NCBI RefSeq assembly: GCF_006345805.1
Contig: NC_043006.1
Coordinates: 102,672,001-102,736,000 of the forward strand
Direction: 5' to 3'
Length of the DNA: 64,000 nt
Source of the DNA: Octopus sinensis
Lineage: Eukaryota
Part shown: piece after piece, positions 52,360-64,000 of the stretch
How positions within the stretch are numbered: the first letter of the stretch is position 1
Layout of the letters: each line of letters opens with the position of its first letter
The notes under the pieces: model-generated
Database searches by the model: none
The model's input: the letters and a program-made list of their open reading frames with translations, nothing else
What the model was told of the DNA's origin: nothing
Made by a program: the position numbers and the translations under genes

Positions 52360-52701
52360 CACACACACACAAACATGTATGCGTACAAAAACATGTATGC
52401 AATAGATGTATGTACGTACGTGTGTGTGTGTGTTGCCCATGTATATATACTGTATATATCAGACGTCATGATAGATCGTTAGCTACTACACACATTTTTC
52501 TCTCCTTGTTTCTCTCCTTGTTTTTTTCTGTGTCCCTTTCTGTAGAAGAGCGTAGGCTCGAAACGTAAAAGACTTTTTCTATTCCTGAGCGTTATACTAA
52601 TACATCTGTTTGTTTTGTACACCACCTGCCTTCGTCTTTTGTTTATTTTCGTAAACTTTCACTTTATATATATATATATATATAATATATATATATATTA
52701 T

Positions 52702-52745
<44 letters not shown>

Positions 52746-52865
52746 AATTTAAACAGATTTCACCCAAATTTGATGTTGATGTTACTTAGTTTGGTTTGAA
52801 ATAAAGAACTTGATTAGCTTAATAATCCTAACTTAATCCCAGGCAAAGCTGGGTTATACTGCTAG
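51966..52865 (+). mobile_element. Helitron-like element, possibly composite
   Basis: A|TC start like 18743; hairpin CCCAG/CTGGG at 52838-52853; ATACTGCTAG|T end identical to 19142-19151. Confidence 0.65.
52536..52571 (+). ncRNA. Minimal hammerhead-like motif with core CTGTAGA
   Basis: CTTT-CTGTAGA-A-GAGC GTAG GCTC-GAAAC-GTA-AAAG; stems I and II pair perfectly, A6 is replaced by T. Confidence 0.6.
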
Positions 52866-53059
52866 TATTATCTAATGCAGCCCATCTATTGTATAAACGG
52901 TAGCTTATGCTTTGAGGTAGCTTTCTGCATTACTTCTAGCATACTGAGGAGCGACAATGCTTTTGTTTGTGGTGCGGTAATGATAACTGAATAATAAAGG
53001 GATTTGTGTACATTTAATATACACAATAGCAAAGCTGTGCCAACTTCACGTATATGCAC

Positions 53060-53250
53060 TCACATGATGGCTGCCCCCTTGTTATCGAGTATGGTCATTG
53101 CACGAAGCTTAACTGTTATTGGTGCCCAGCTAAAGATCTACAATGTCTTGTACAGAATTGGCAGCTAAAACCTTTACCGGTGATAGCCGGCTGTAGTTGT
53201 AACTGGGCTTCATGTACTTTTGCATGTCGTTTAAGTCCTCCTGCCGAATT
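53060..53250 (-). mobile_element. RTE-clade LINE 3' end with C2H2-like motifs
   Basis: CNSAGGLKRHAKVH...FSCQFCTRHCRSLAG then stop; the tail GGGGGCAGCCATCA resembles GCTGACAGCCATCA at 45.93 kb. Confidence 0.7.
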
Positions 53251-53494
53251 ACACTCACATACATACATACATACATACATACATGCATACATACATACAT
53301 ACATACATGCATACACACATACATACATAAATATATACACACACATATATATATACATGTATATATATGTGTATCTATATACACACACACGTATGTATAT
53401 GTGGTATATATATATATATAAGGATATATGTATATATATGTATATATAAGTATATCTATGTATATATGTGTATGTATGTATGCATCTATCTATC

Positions 53495-53552
<58 letters not shown>

Positions 53553-53716
53553 CTCTCTATATATAAATACACACACATGCATATACAAACATATACAAAC
53601 ATATACGTACACACACACACAAACACAGACACGTACATTTTTACAACTATTCGGATTACCGTTTCCTTACATTGCAACAAGGCCAGATACTTGAACTCTT
53701 GTTTCTACGGAGCATC

Positions 53717-53752
<36 letters not shown>

Positions 53753-54053
53753 AGAAATATCATACGTACCGTTTAGATTTTCTGATCACTAACATGTGTG
53801 CATGCACACATATACGTACACAGACAAACATTCTTATACGCATACGCGCGCGCGCACCCCCAGACACACGGACACACGGACACACAAACGCACATACGCT
53901 CACATATTTGTTTGAATCTCCTTGGTCTGGACGATGAAGTATTAAAAATCGGGGTATTTACTTAATACATCGATAGATGTTGGACGGTCAGTGTTGCTAT
54001 GGTAACCTAATCGCTGCCGATAAACGCTGATGTATATGTGCGCGCACGCGTAG

Positions 54054-54084
<31 letters not shown>

Positions 54085-54239
54085 TGTCTATATGGTCGGA
54101 AGGAGGAAAGAAGAAAAGAGAGATGAGAGAGAAAGGGAGAGAGAGAGAGAGCGGAAAGTGTTCGTGGGTATAAAGAGAGGATAGGCGTAGACAATTAGAT
54201 GGAGTAAAATAAAGGGAAATGAATAAGGGAGAGAAGAGC

Positions 54240-54286
54240 ATATAGACAGATAAATAGATAGGTAGAGAGATAGGTAGGTAGGTAGG

Positions 54287-54318
<32 letters not shown>

Positions 54319-54518
54319 TAGATAGATGAATAGCTAAATAGATAAATAGATAGATAGAGAGATAGGTAAGTAGGTATATATATATATAGATAGATGAATA
54401 GATAAATATATTGATAGAGAGATAGGTAGATAGACAGATAGATAGATAAAAAAGAGAGGGAGAGAGAAAGAGGAAGAGAGAGAGAGAAAGAGGAAGAGAG
54501 AGAGAGAAAGAGGAAGAC

Positions 54519-54549
<31 letters not shown>

Positions 54550-54556
54550 CAGATAG

Positions 54557-54587
<31 letters not shown>

Positions 54588-54650
54588 GATAGATAGATAG
54601 ATAGACAGATAGATAGATAGATAGATAGATAGACAGATAGATAGATAGAC

Positions 54651-54681
<31 letters not shown>

Positions 54682-54902
54682 CAGATAGATAGATAGATAG
54701 ATAGATAGACAGATAGATAGATAGATAGATAGACAGATAGATAGATAGACAGATAGATAGCTAGATAGACAGATAGATAGATAAATAGATAGATAGATAG
54801 ATAGACAGATAGATAGATAGATAGATAGATAGACAGATAGATAGATAGACAGATAGATAGATAGATAGACAGATAGATAGATAGATAGATAGATAGACAG
54901 AC

Positions 54903-54941
<39 letters not shown>

Positions 54942-54966
54942 CAGATAGATAGATAGATAGATAGAC

Positions 54967-55029
<63 letters not shown>

Positions 55030-55030
55030 A
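54240..55030 (+). repeat. Long (AGAT)n/(AGAC)n microsatellite
   Basis: Direct simple repeat; source of the 293-aa and 307-aa spurious ORFs. Confidence 0.97.
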
Positions 55031-56174
55031 AGAGAGTGAGAGAGCGAAAGAATCGGAATGAGAATATATATTTCAAAATGAGGAGTGAGATAGTAGGAAA
55101 GAAAGAGAGATTGAGAAAGATGGAGTGAAAGTAGGAGGGGGAATAAAAGTAAGAGAAGGCGTAAAGAGTGATGGGGGAGAATAAAAGTAAATGAGAAGAG
55201 GTATGGAAGGAGTAAGACGGTGAGGAGGAGAGATTGAGAGTGAGAAGGGGAGAGCAAGAAACGTGATCGTAAGGGACGGAATACAGCAGAAGGTTATAGA
55301 ATAAATGAACCAGAGATAAAAAAAATTTAAGTGCGCGCGACGGGGAGAGAGAGAGAGAGAGAGGGGGGGGAGAGGAGAGAGATTATGGGAGGAAATTATT
55401 CACATCTGATGTACTTCTCTCAGAGCAATCCAGCGCTACCGACCAAATAGCACTTACAAAGACTGACACACAGATACGCGCTGACACACAACCGCACACA
55501 CAAACGCACACACACATACGCACGATGTAGGAAGTAGTTTAATCAACAATATTTAATAGGGGACCTTATTGGTTGTACACCGCTGCTTCGTTTCGCAATG
55601 ACTGTCAACTGAATAGTACGATTGAGTAGATAAACAACTTTGCCTTACTTCCATTAACAGAGAATGTGACGGACAGTATAATGGCGAATGCGATAGGCAA
55701 AAATACCCAGAGGTATTTTGTAAGTTCAAATTCCAACCAAACCGGCGTCACCATGCATCTTTCTGGAGTCGATAAAATAAATACCTATGAAGTAACCGTC
55801 TCTTTGTCTATCCTTGAATTTTGGAATCTTTTCACTTTGACCGGCAGATTTAAAAAATAATTTCTTTGTAACTAAACACTTTTAAACTTCGTATGCTGGT
55901 AGAATGTGTTACATAAAACATCTTTTTCTTTTGGCTTTCTTGAGAAAATTCTGTAGTTTGTAAGCTATTTGTTGTTTAATTTCTTGCATTTCGGCAATTT
56001 CAACCAATCAATGACGTCTATTGAGGTGAATACAATATTTTGTTCCTTTGGGAGATAGTTTCTGTAAAATAACTACCATTTTTATACTGAAATCACCCTG
56101 GTATCATCTCGAAGAAATATTTATGATCTGGTGACAATGCAAGAAATCATTATATTTACTAAAGTCTGATGTAT

Positions 56175-56490
56175 GCAGCATCGGATCCTGCTACTGGTAA
56201 ACTGTAAACCAGTACAACCTATGTCAGTGGGTTAGAAAGGGCTCCTTAGCCATAGTGAAGGCAACCTATCTAGGGAGATAACCTTACAACAAATCACTCG
56301 GTCCGTAGCTTAGAAATACTGGGTTGACGTCCAGCGGGAACAGCTTTGTTTCATGGAGGAGGAAAGATCTTCTTTAGTGCTTGGTTGTACAATGCTTTCC
56401 AATGTGTGTAGTAGTGGCGCGCGCACACATTATTAGCCATTTGAAAAGACTATGAAAGTCTCGACCACGGTCGAACAAAGATGATGATGA
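56175..56490 (+). mobile_element. Short non-autonomous RTE-tailed element
   Basis: Ends GTCTCGACCACGGTCGAACAAAGATGATGATGA; sister copy at 24164-24427. Confidence 0.85.
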
Positions 56491-56500
56491 AAGACATAGA

Positions 56501-56700
56501 CAGCGAGCTGGTAGAATCGATTGCACGTCAGACAAAATACTTAATGGCATTGCGCCCGTTTTTATCTTGTGAGTTCAAATTTCACCGAGTTTAACTTTGA
56601 TTTTCATCCTTTCGGGGTCGATGCAGTTGCGTACTGGAATCGATGCAATCTACCAGCACTCTCTCATCCAAATTTCAGGCCTTGCGACTTTAATAAAAGT
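56501..56700 (+). mobile_element. SINE family A (degenerate)
   Basis: GCGAGCTGGTAGAATCG head and GAGTTCAAATT B-box. Confidence 0.75.
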
Positions 56701-56853
56701 GATTGTATTTACTGAGACAGCCGTAAAGTTGAAAGAACCGTAGCTTTACGTTTATGTACTTGCTTTGCGAGGTTCTTGATATGAAATCGTGTGTGGAAAC
56801 ATATTGTTATATTTCGGGGTGGCCATATCGTTTTGTCAAATAAGCACATGCAT

Positions 56854-56898
<45 letters not shown>

Positions 56899-57071
56899 AT
56901 ATTAGGGAATAAATCCAAATTTACAGGGAAAAATCAGATTTAGGATTGAATCCAATTTTATAGTAAAATATAATATTAATTGGAGACAAAACCACTATTA
57001 TGCAAATCAAACAAAGAAAGACTTAATCCAATACATAAAAAATTTATATAAATTAAATATAATTAAGATAT

Positions 57072-57117
57072 CCACTACGATCGTTTCTTGTCACTTCTAT
57101 TGACATTCATCAGGTGG
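57072..57117 (-). ncRNA. Type I hammerhead ribozyme, intact core
   Basis: Exact reverse complement of 57929-57974. Confidence 0.8.
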
Positions 57118-57928
57118 TTTCAAGACCTAAAATATAATCAATATTTTTAAGATATAAATTTGAAATGACTAATATATATAAAATATAAAATTATCAATGA
57201 AAATATATATAATCAAGAACTAAAATAAGCTCTATAAACGATTGTATATAATGAAACCTAGTATATTTAGATTCTCATATTTAAAGATGAAATCGCTAAT
57301 TTCAAAAAACAAAAATAAAAAATATATATACACACATTCTCATGCACATATATCCATGTATGTATATAAACATATCTAAATACATACACAAACTCACACA
57401 CACATATATATATATCTATACATACACATAAACATATAGACAAATTTATAATGTAGCCGTATACTTCTACACATTACTTATTCATACTCCCACACACACA
57501 CATACAATCACTCATTCATAAACATATTCTCTCAGCATGATACTAACACAGAGGAAATATAACATCCAGTAGCCGCAGATACTCAACCACAAACTTATAG
57601 AAATATCTCATTCTTAGTAAAATATTATTAAATACTATATACTATATATATGTGTAATAAACATATATAATTACGTAAACAAACACACACACATATATAT
57701 TCTATATACTATTTGCATGTAATAAACATATATAAATACGTAAACAAATACACACACACATGTATATATTTATACATACACAAATACATAAAGACAATAT
57801 TTCTACACATTAATAATACATACTCACACACACACACACACATACAATCATTCATACATAAACGTATTCACACTGCAGTATTCTAAATAACAATATTCTA
57901 AATATTGATTATATTTTAGGTCTTGAAA

Positions 57929-57974
57929 CCACCTGATGAATGTCAATAGAAGTGACAAGAAACGATCGTAGTGG
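57929..57974 (+). ncRNA. Type I hammerhead ribozyme, intact core
   Basis: CCAC-CTGATGA-A-TGTCA ATAGAAG TGACA-A-GAAAC-GATC-GTA-GTGG: stems I, II and a minimal III, palindromic loop, GUA cleavage triplet. Confidence 0.82.
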
Positions 57975-58143
57975 ATATCTTAATTATATTTAATTTATAT
58001 AAGATTTTTTATGTATTGGATTAAGTCTTTCTTTGTTTGATTTGCATAATAGTGGTTTTGTCTCTAATTAATATTATATATATATATATATATATACATA
58101 TATCTGTAAATTAATATGTTACCATTATTCAATAGCCAAGATA

Positions 58144-58263
58144 AAATTCTGAGTTTCGGATACTGAAGTGGAAATCCACAACACCATCTCTTCGGTTATC
58201 TGGCCAGATAACCGAAGAGATGGTGTTGTGGATTTCCACTTCGGCATCCGAAACTCAGAATTT
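58144..58263. repeat. Loopless 120-bp palindrome with a degenerate hammerhead
   Basis: Centre TGG|CCA, 2 mismatches; CCGAAGA at 58212-58218 and GAAACTCAGAAT at 58250-58261. Confidence 0.88.
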
Positions 58264-58341
58264 CCTCTATTTACATAATATTGAGGTCTCTTTCTTTCTT
58301 TTGTTATCTTACTGTTTTTACCAATATACATATATATATAT

Positions 58342-58376
<35 letters not shown>

Positions 58377-58380
58377 GCGT

Positions 58381-58775
58381 AGGAGTGGCTGTGTGGTAAG
58401 TAGCTTGCTTACGAACCACGTGGTTCCGAGTTCAGTCCCATTGCGCGGCAACTTAGGCAAATGTCTTCTACTATAGCCTCGGACCGACCAAAGCCTTGTG
58501 AGTGGATTTGGTAGACGGAAACTGAAAGAAGCCCGTCGTATATATGTATATATTTGTATGTGTGTGTATATGTTTGTATATCTGTGTTTGTCCTCCCAAC
58601 ATCGCTTGACAACCGATGGTGGTGTGTTTACGTCCCCATATCTAAGCGGTTCAGCAAAAGAGACCGATAGAATAAGTACTAGGCTTACAAAGAATAAGAC
58701 CTGGGGTCGTTTTGCTCAACTAAAGGCGGTGCTCAAGCATGGCCGCAGTCAAATGACTGAAATAAGTAAAAGAAT
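58381..58775 (+). mobile_element. SINE family B, full length
   Basis: Head GTGTGGTAAG...GAGTTCAGTCC and complete body matching 3599-3999. Confidence 0.9.
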
Positions 58776-58781
58776 ATATAT

Positions 58782-58817
<36 letters not shown>

Positions 58818-58840
58818 GATAATATACTCGTTCTTCACTT

Positions 58841-59061
58841 CAGCTGGCAGACACGTTAGCGCACCGGGCGGAATGCTTAGCGGTATTTCGTCTGTCGTTA
58901 CATTCTGAGTTCAAATTCCGCCGAGGTCGACTTTGCCTTTCATTCTTTCGGGGTCGATAAGTAAAGTACCAGTTTCGCACTGGGGTCTATGTAATCGACT
59001 TAACCGTTTGTCTATCCTTGTTTGTCCCTTCTATGTTTAGCCTTGTGGATAGTGAAGAAAT
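58841..59061 (+). mobile_element. SINE family A, tail type 1
   Basis: Complete core and tail matching 39421-39650. Confidence 0.9.
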
Positions 59062-60613
59062 ATATTATTCAAGTCAAGGGCACTAAAATAAGAACAATAC
59101 TATATATAATATATATATAATATATATAATATATATATAATATATATATATAATATATGTGCTCATTTGACAAAAAAGATATGACCATCCCGAAATATAA
59201 CAATATGTTTACACACACGATTTCATAACAAGAATCTTGCAAAGCAAATACATAAGCGTAAAGCTATGGTTCCTTCAACTTTACGGCTGTCTCAGTAAAT
59301 ACAATCACTTTTATTAAAGTCGCAAGGCCTGTTTTTATTTGGCAAAAGAAAATAAATGACCGTCCCGAAATACAACAAAATTAGTTTTACTTTTCTATTG
59401 TTTGAGATCTAATGTCGTACAGAGTCACGTTTGCCTTTCATCCTCCAAATATCAAGACAATTAGTACCAGTTGAATAAATTGCAATCCACTACATTAATA
59501 ATTTTTGTAGACCTGTACCTATTATTTTGATCGATACACGGTTATTGGTTCGGCGAAATTGGAAGAGCCTCGGGAATATTGTGTTGATATTTTGTTTCAT
59601 TCCTACACGTCCTATGTTTATCGGAGGTCGATAAATAAGTACCAGTGGAATAGTGAAATCAATTATATCCCACTGCAAAGAGTTTGGGTTTGTATGAATG
59701 CAAAAAGCCATTATTTTCCCCTAAAACCGAGAGCACGAGGAGCAAGAAGCAGTGAAGCACCGGACACAGCGTCTCAAAAATGTTATTTATTTCATCGTTG
59801 TACGTCAACTTGTACTTATTTTATTTCGCTGCCAATCTATCCAGGACTGATAGAGAATAAAATACGCACTAAGAATGTACATAAATCGATAATCAATGTG
59901 CTGGCCAATTCTCACTTTACACCAATATTTGCGAACCACAGAAAAATATTGATCCTATTCACAACCTCATAATATCATAATATCATATAAACCACACAAA
60001 AATCTCTCAGCCTTTATCTCTACTATCTCTGATATCCAGGCTTTATTCTATATACTAGCTTGTTTCTGAAAGGTGGTATCGTTTGCATTTATTTGAAATC
60101 CTTTCTCGCTATCACTCATCTCTATTCCTTGCACATTAACTAACAAGATCTAGTTACTCTCCTTTAAAGCCTCTCTCTTTCCCACTTCTTTAAGTTCATC
60201 TGATATTTATCACACTCTCTGAACTTCTCCAGTCACCAATATTTATTCGATTATCGCATGACCTGTATTGACTTAATCCTCAGTAACTTCAACTTTTAGG
60301 CACTCAAATCGATAGACCACTCTCAAATTCCATAAAACCTTGTTAACCTCATTCTCACCCAGATATCACACTTTCATCTCTGTCTATGATTTAGAATCCA
60401 TTCTCTTTACACTTAGATCAACCACAGTAAAATAACATCAAGCTGGAATCTTACCTTTGCAACAGAGTCGAGTCTATGCATTGGCTGAATTGCTAGGGCC
60501 GCTACTTGTTCCGGTTTCTAGCCCTCTAAGTTCAAATATATCCGAGGTCAACTTTTACCCTTCATTTTTTTTTTGTTGGAATCGATGAATAAGGGACCTG
60601 TGCTGGGGTCATT

Positions 60614-60652
<39 letters not shown>

Positions 60653-60779
60653 GTCTATCTGTTTGTCCGCCACGCAGGAAGAAATAGGGTGTCGTTAAAA
60701 CTTGACGGAGATATGCTCCGCTAGTCCAAAGAGCCTCTCTCCTTCTCTCTCTCTGTATATATATATATATATATAATAT

Positions 60780-60812
<33 letters not shown>

Positions 60813-60939
60813 CATATATATATATATATATATATAATATATATTATATATATAATATATATATATATATATTATATATATATATATATATGTAATATAT
60901 ATATATATATATTTTCTATTTATAGGCACAAGGCTCGAA

Positions 60940-61925
60940 ATGTTTGATTTATCAAGAAGTACTGTCTCGAAAGTAATGACAGCCTTTGAGAAAGAGGGAA
61001 AAGCCTCCTCGTCGAAACAAAACCCCGGAAGAAAATCAAAAGTTTCAAATAGGGACTGTCGGACTCTTACGCAAATTGTTAGAAAGGATCACAAAAGTAC
61101 AGCTCCCAAAAGTACTGCAGAGCTTAATGACCACTTCGATAACTCAGTTTCCACAAAAAACTGTTCGCCAGGAGCTGCACAATGTCGGATTTCATGGGAT
61201 GGCTGCAATCGAAAACCACTACTTTTAAAAGCAAATGTTGCAAAGCATTTAGACTGGAGTAAAAACCTACAGAATTGGTCCCTAGAGCAGTGGACGAATG
61301 TTATTTGCTCGGACGAGTCATCCTTTATCTTATTTCCGACCACCGGCCGAGTATACGTGTAGAGACAGCCAAAAGAAGCATTTGACCCTGACTGCCTTGT
61401 TCCAATTGTCAAACATGGAGGAGGATCTGGTGGGCTATATCTTAGATATCTGCTAGCCCAATGGTTTCCCTTCATGGCAGAATTAATAGTCAAGTCTAAG
61501 CATTTAATCTGATCAAATTCATCCTATTGTTGCGGAGCTGTTTCCGGAGGGAAACGCAGTCTTTCAGAATGATAATGCACCAATTCACAAAGCTAAAGTT
61601 ATTACTGAATGGCACGAGGAACATTCTAGTGAAGTTGAACAACTTATCTGGCCACAACAGTCCTCAAATCTTAGTATTATTGAACATTTATGGTGCATTT
61701 TAGGAAAACAAGTAAGGAGTCGATATCCTCCATCATCATCACTACAAGAACTGGAGACTGTTTTAGCTCAAGAATGGATAAAAATTCCTTTGGAAATAAT
61801 TGAAACTTTGTACGAGTCCATACCGCGTAGATTCAAACTGTAATTACTGCCAAAGGCTGTTCTACCCTATATTAAAATAATTCTGTTTGAAATTTTAGGG
61901 TGTTTCCATTATTTTGTCGAACCCA
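60940..61925 (+). mobile_element. Tc1-like (DD34E) transposon, 5'-truncated and decayed
   Basis: DLSRSTVSKVM, WTNVICSDES, FQNDNAPIHKA, WP.QSSNLSIIEHLW; right TIR-like GGGTGTTTCCATTATTTTGTCGAACCC at about 61898-61924. Confidence 0.9.
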
Positions 61926-61990
61926 TATATATATATATATATTATATATAGATTTATTTATTTACATCTATCTATCTATCTATCTATCTA

Positions 61991-62077
<87 letters not shown>

Positions 62078-62740
62078 CTCTCTATCTCTATGTAAATATA
62101 TATAATATATATATATATATATATTATATATCTATATATATATATATATAGATATATATATATATATATATTTATAGTTGTATCTTTCTTTTTACATATA
62201 CATCTTCAGTTGTTTTGTAATTCAGTTAGAACTAATTAGCATAATATTAATTTATATTATTCCAAACATTTCGTTCATTGATCTCTTTGGTCGATGCCTG
62301 CATGAAATATATTCATGTATTGTACCCTGTGTTGTATTCTGAGAATTATTTATAATATCGGGTAAATTTTTACATGAAAATATATTCTTCTTGTATTTAT
62401 AATTCACATTTCCAAACAGAGGTTGAATCTGAGATTGTCGATACATTTTGCTGTAGATTATCTGTGCACAATGAGATAAAGATTGGAATCATGAAATATT
62501 TCAGCTGAACATTTACACATCGTGTTTAAGATATTTCGTCTCGTGAATGTATGTAACGTAGTTCAGCTCGAATATCTTTCTTTTTTTGTTTGGGTCCTCT
62601 GATTAAAGAAGGTTCTAGTTGTGATTTATATTTTCCAGCTGCTAGAAATATAATCATATATACATAAATATGTATATATATATATAGTATATATTATATA
62701 CATAAATATGTGTATATATATATATATATATGCATATGTA

Positions 62741-62922
62741 CGGGTGAGTGCTGAAAAGTTCCTGGCTGTAAGAGCATCGCGAAAGGCCTGGTTGGAAGCT
62801 CAACCTTTCGAGTTCTTTCACAGGACTTAGAAAAACTGTGTGAATCTGAGACGGGAAAATGGCGAATAAAATCATAACTAACTGATCTGCCTGTATTTTC
62901 TTTTACCCAAAGCCAGGAACTT
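62741..62922. mobile_element. Short mariner-derived MITE-like remnant
   Basis: TA-CGGGTGAGTGCTGAAAAGTTCCTGGCT and the inverted AGCCAGGAACTT ending at 62922; right end truncated. Confidence 0.55.
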
Positions 62923-63676
62923 CTCTGTCTGTCTGTCTCTTTCTCTGTCTCTCTGACTTGATCTCATATAAATAGGATCGAGGATTCAGATGCTTCCTCA
63001 CACCTTTCATTACCCTTTATCATTCCGCATTCAAAAGTCATCATCCGCATTTAAACGTCATATTTGTATGTCTGTCTGTTTTTGTCTGTATGTATGCATG
63101 CATGCACGTATGTTTGTGTGCATGCGTGTACGAATACACACACATTTGGAGTGATGATGTAACGACATATACAGATATCCAAGACCACAACAGAACAAAG
63201 GCCACTCTACTGTTTGAAATGAATTCAATCACAAACATACAGCAGCCTCTGGCCCGCAACTGTGCTGGGACCACTTCCTTAATTTTCTACTACTACTACA
63301 ATAGTCTCTACGCTTCAGAGAAGTCCTCCATCAGTCAATGCTAACCTCACATATACACACATATACGCAGACCTAAGCAACATATTTTTACCAACCCTGA
63401 CAGTTAATCGTGTACCCGAACCTCCCCTCTCCATGTCACTGATGTTTATCTAAGGGATAGATCGTTGACTGGGGCCAATATATCATGGCATCAGTGCTGT
63501 CTCAGACGTTGCGGTCAGAAAGTAAAGAAACGTAACAGATACCATAAAGCATCGTCTTACCCAACCCTAAATCAGTTCTATCATTCCACTGCACTTGTTG
63601 GTACCATGTTCACATAAACATGCATGCATGCATCCATCCATCCATCCATGCATAAATACATACATACATACATAGG

Positions 63677-63761
63677 TTCACTACAGCTGTTTCATAGTGT
63701 TCTTTATTGATAAGCAAAAGTGTTACATCGCGCGCAAACAAAGTCATATTCATCAGGTGAA
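63677..63761 (-). ncRNA. Type I hammerhead ribozyme, intact core, 56-nt stem II domain
   Basis: TTCAC-CTGATGA-[56 nt]-GAAAC-AGCT-GTA-GTGAA; 5-bp stem I, palindromic loop III, GUA triplet. Confidence 0.72.
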
Positions 63762-64000
63762 TTAAGAGTAAAATTTAACACTTAGGATCCCTCACAAAAA
63801 TAGAACATAGTGTAAGTTGACCCACCCATCCGGGGAGGGTCAACTTTACTAAGAACGTATGGTATTGTTAGTGCATTGGTGCGCTATCCCCGGCTCTACC
63901 TTGATGTTTCTACTATTTAAATACGTGATTCTATAAGATCGTGGAAACTTTATTATATATATATATATATACATATAGCGTCAAGGTAATATATTCTTTG

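Larger units (their letters stand above)
56969..58078. mobile_element. Inverted pair of ~178-bp Penelope pLTR-like arms around a ~750-bp AT/CA-rich spacer
   Basis: 56969-57146 pairs with 57900-58078; each arm carries a hammerhead motif. Confidence 0.85.

Noticed and set aside
53116-53388. Apparent host C2H2-ZNF exon
   Set aside because: Begins in a microsatellite, ends in stops and has a LINE-like tail; better explained as an RTE 3' end.
59559-59972. 137-aa plus-strand ORF
   Set aside because: Overlaps decayed SINE A sequence; no domain motif.
60000-60450. Pyrimidine-skewed stretch as a LINE remnant
   Set aside because: The frames I translated are stop-ridden and I could not recognise any motif.
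63495-63540. CTGT...GAAAC-GTA-ACAG
   Set aside because: No CTGANGA; looks like a decayed reverse family A SINE head.

Overview
AT-rich, repeat-saturated eukaryotic DNA. The SINE, LINE and microsatellite landscape is most consistent with an octopus-type cephalopod (inference, not verified). I could not support any intact host protein-coding gene; almost all listed ORFs are microsatellite translations or decayed transposon fragments. The clearest host genes are two identical tRNA-Ala(AGC) genes, convergent inside a 180-bp inverted duplication (48452-49996). The rest is nested mobile DNA: Penelope-like (RT + GIY-YIG), R4/Dong-like, RTE, L1/Tx1-like and Ty3/Gypsy retroelement remnants; pogo/Tigger, mariner, Tc1, hAT and Helitron-like DNA transposons; several tRNA-derived SINE families; a ~1.27-kb tandem duplication; and a 100-N gap. 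The most striking unannotated signal is about ten minimal type I hammerhead ribozyme motifs from several unrelated sequence contexts. Three have intact cores (57929-57974 +, 57072-57117 -, 63677-63761 -). Several sit in fold-back palindromes or inverted pseudo-LTR-like arms, and one is fused behind a tRNA-derived SINE head. This points to a diverse population of non-autonomous, ribozyme-bearing Penelope-dependent elements. All structures were read by eye; no alignment or folding software was run, and TE boundaries are approximate.
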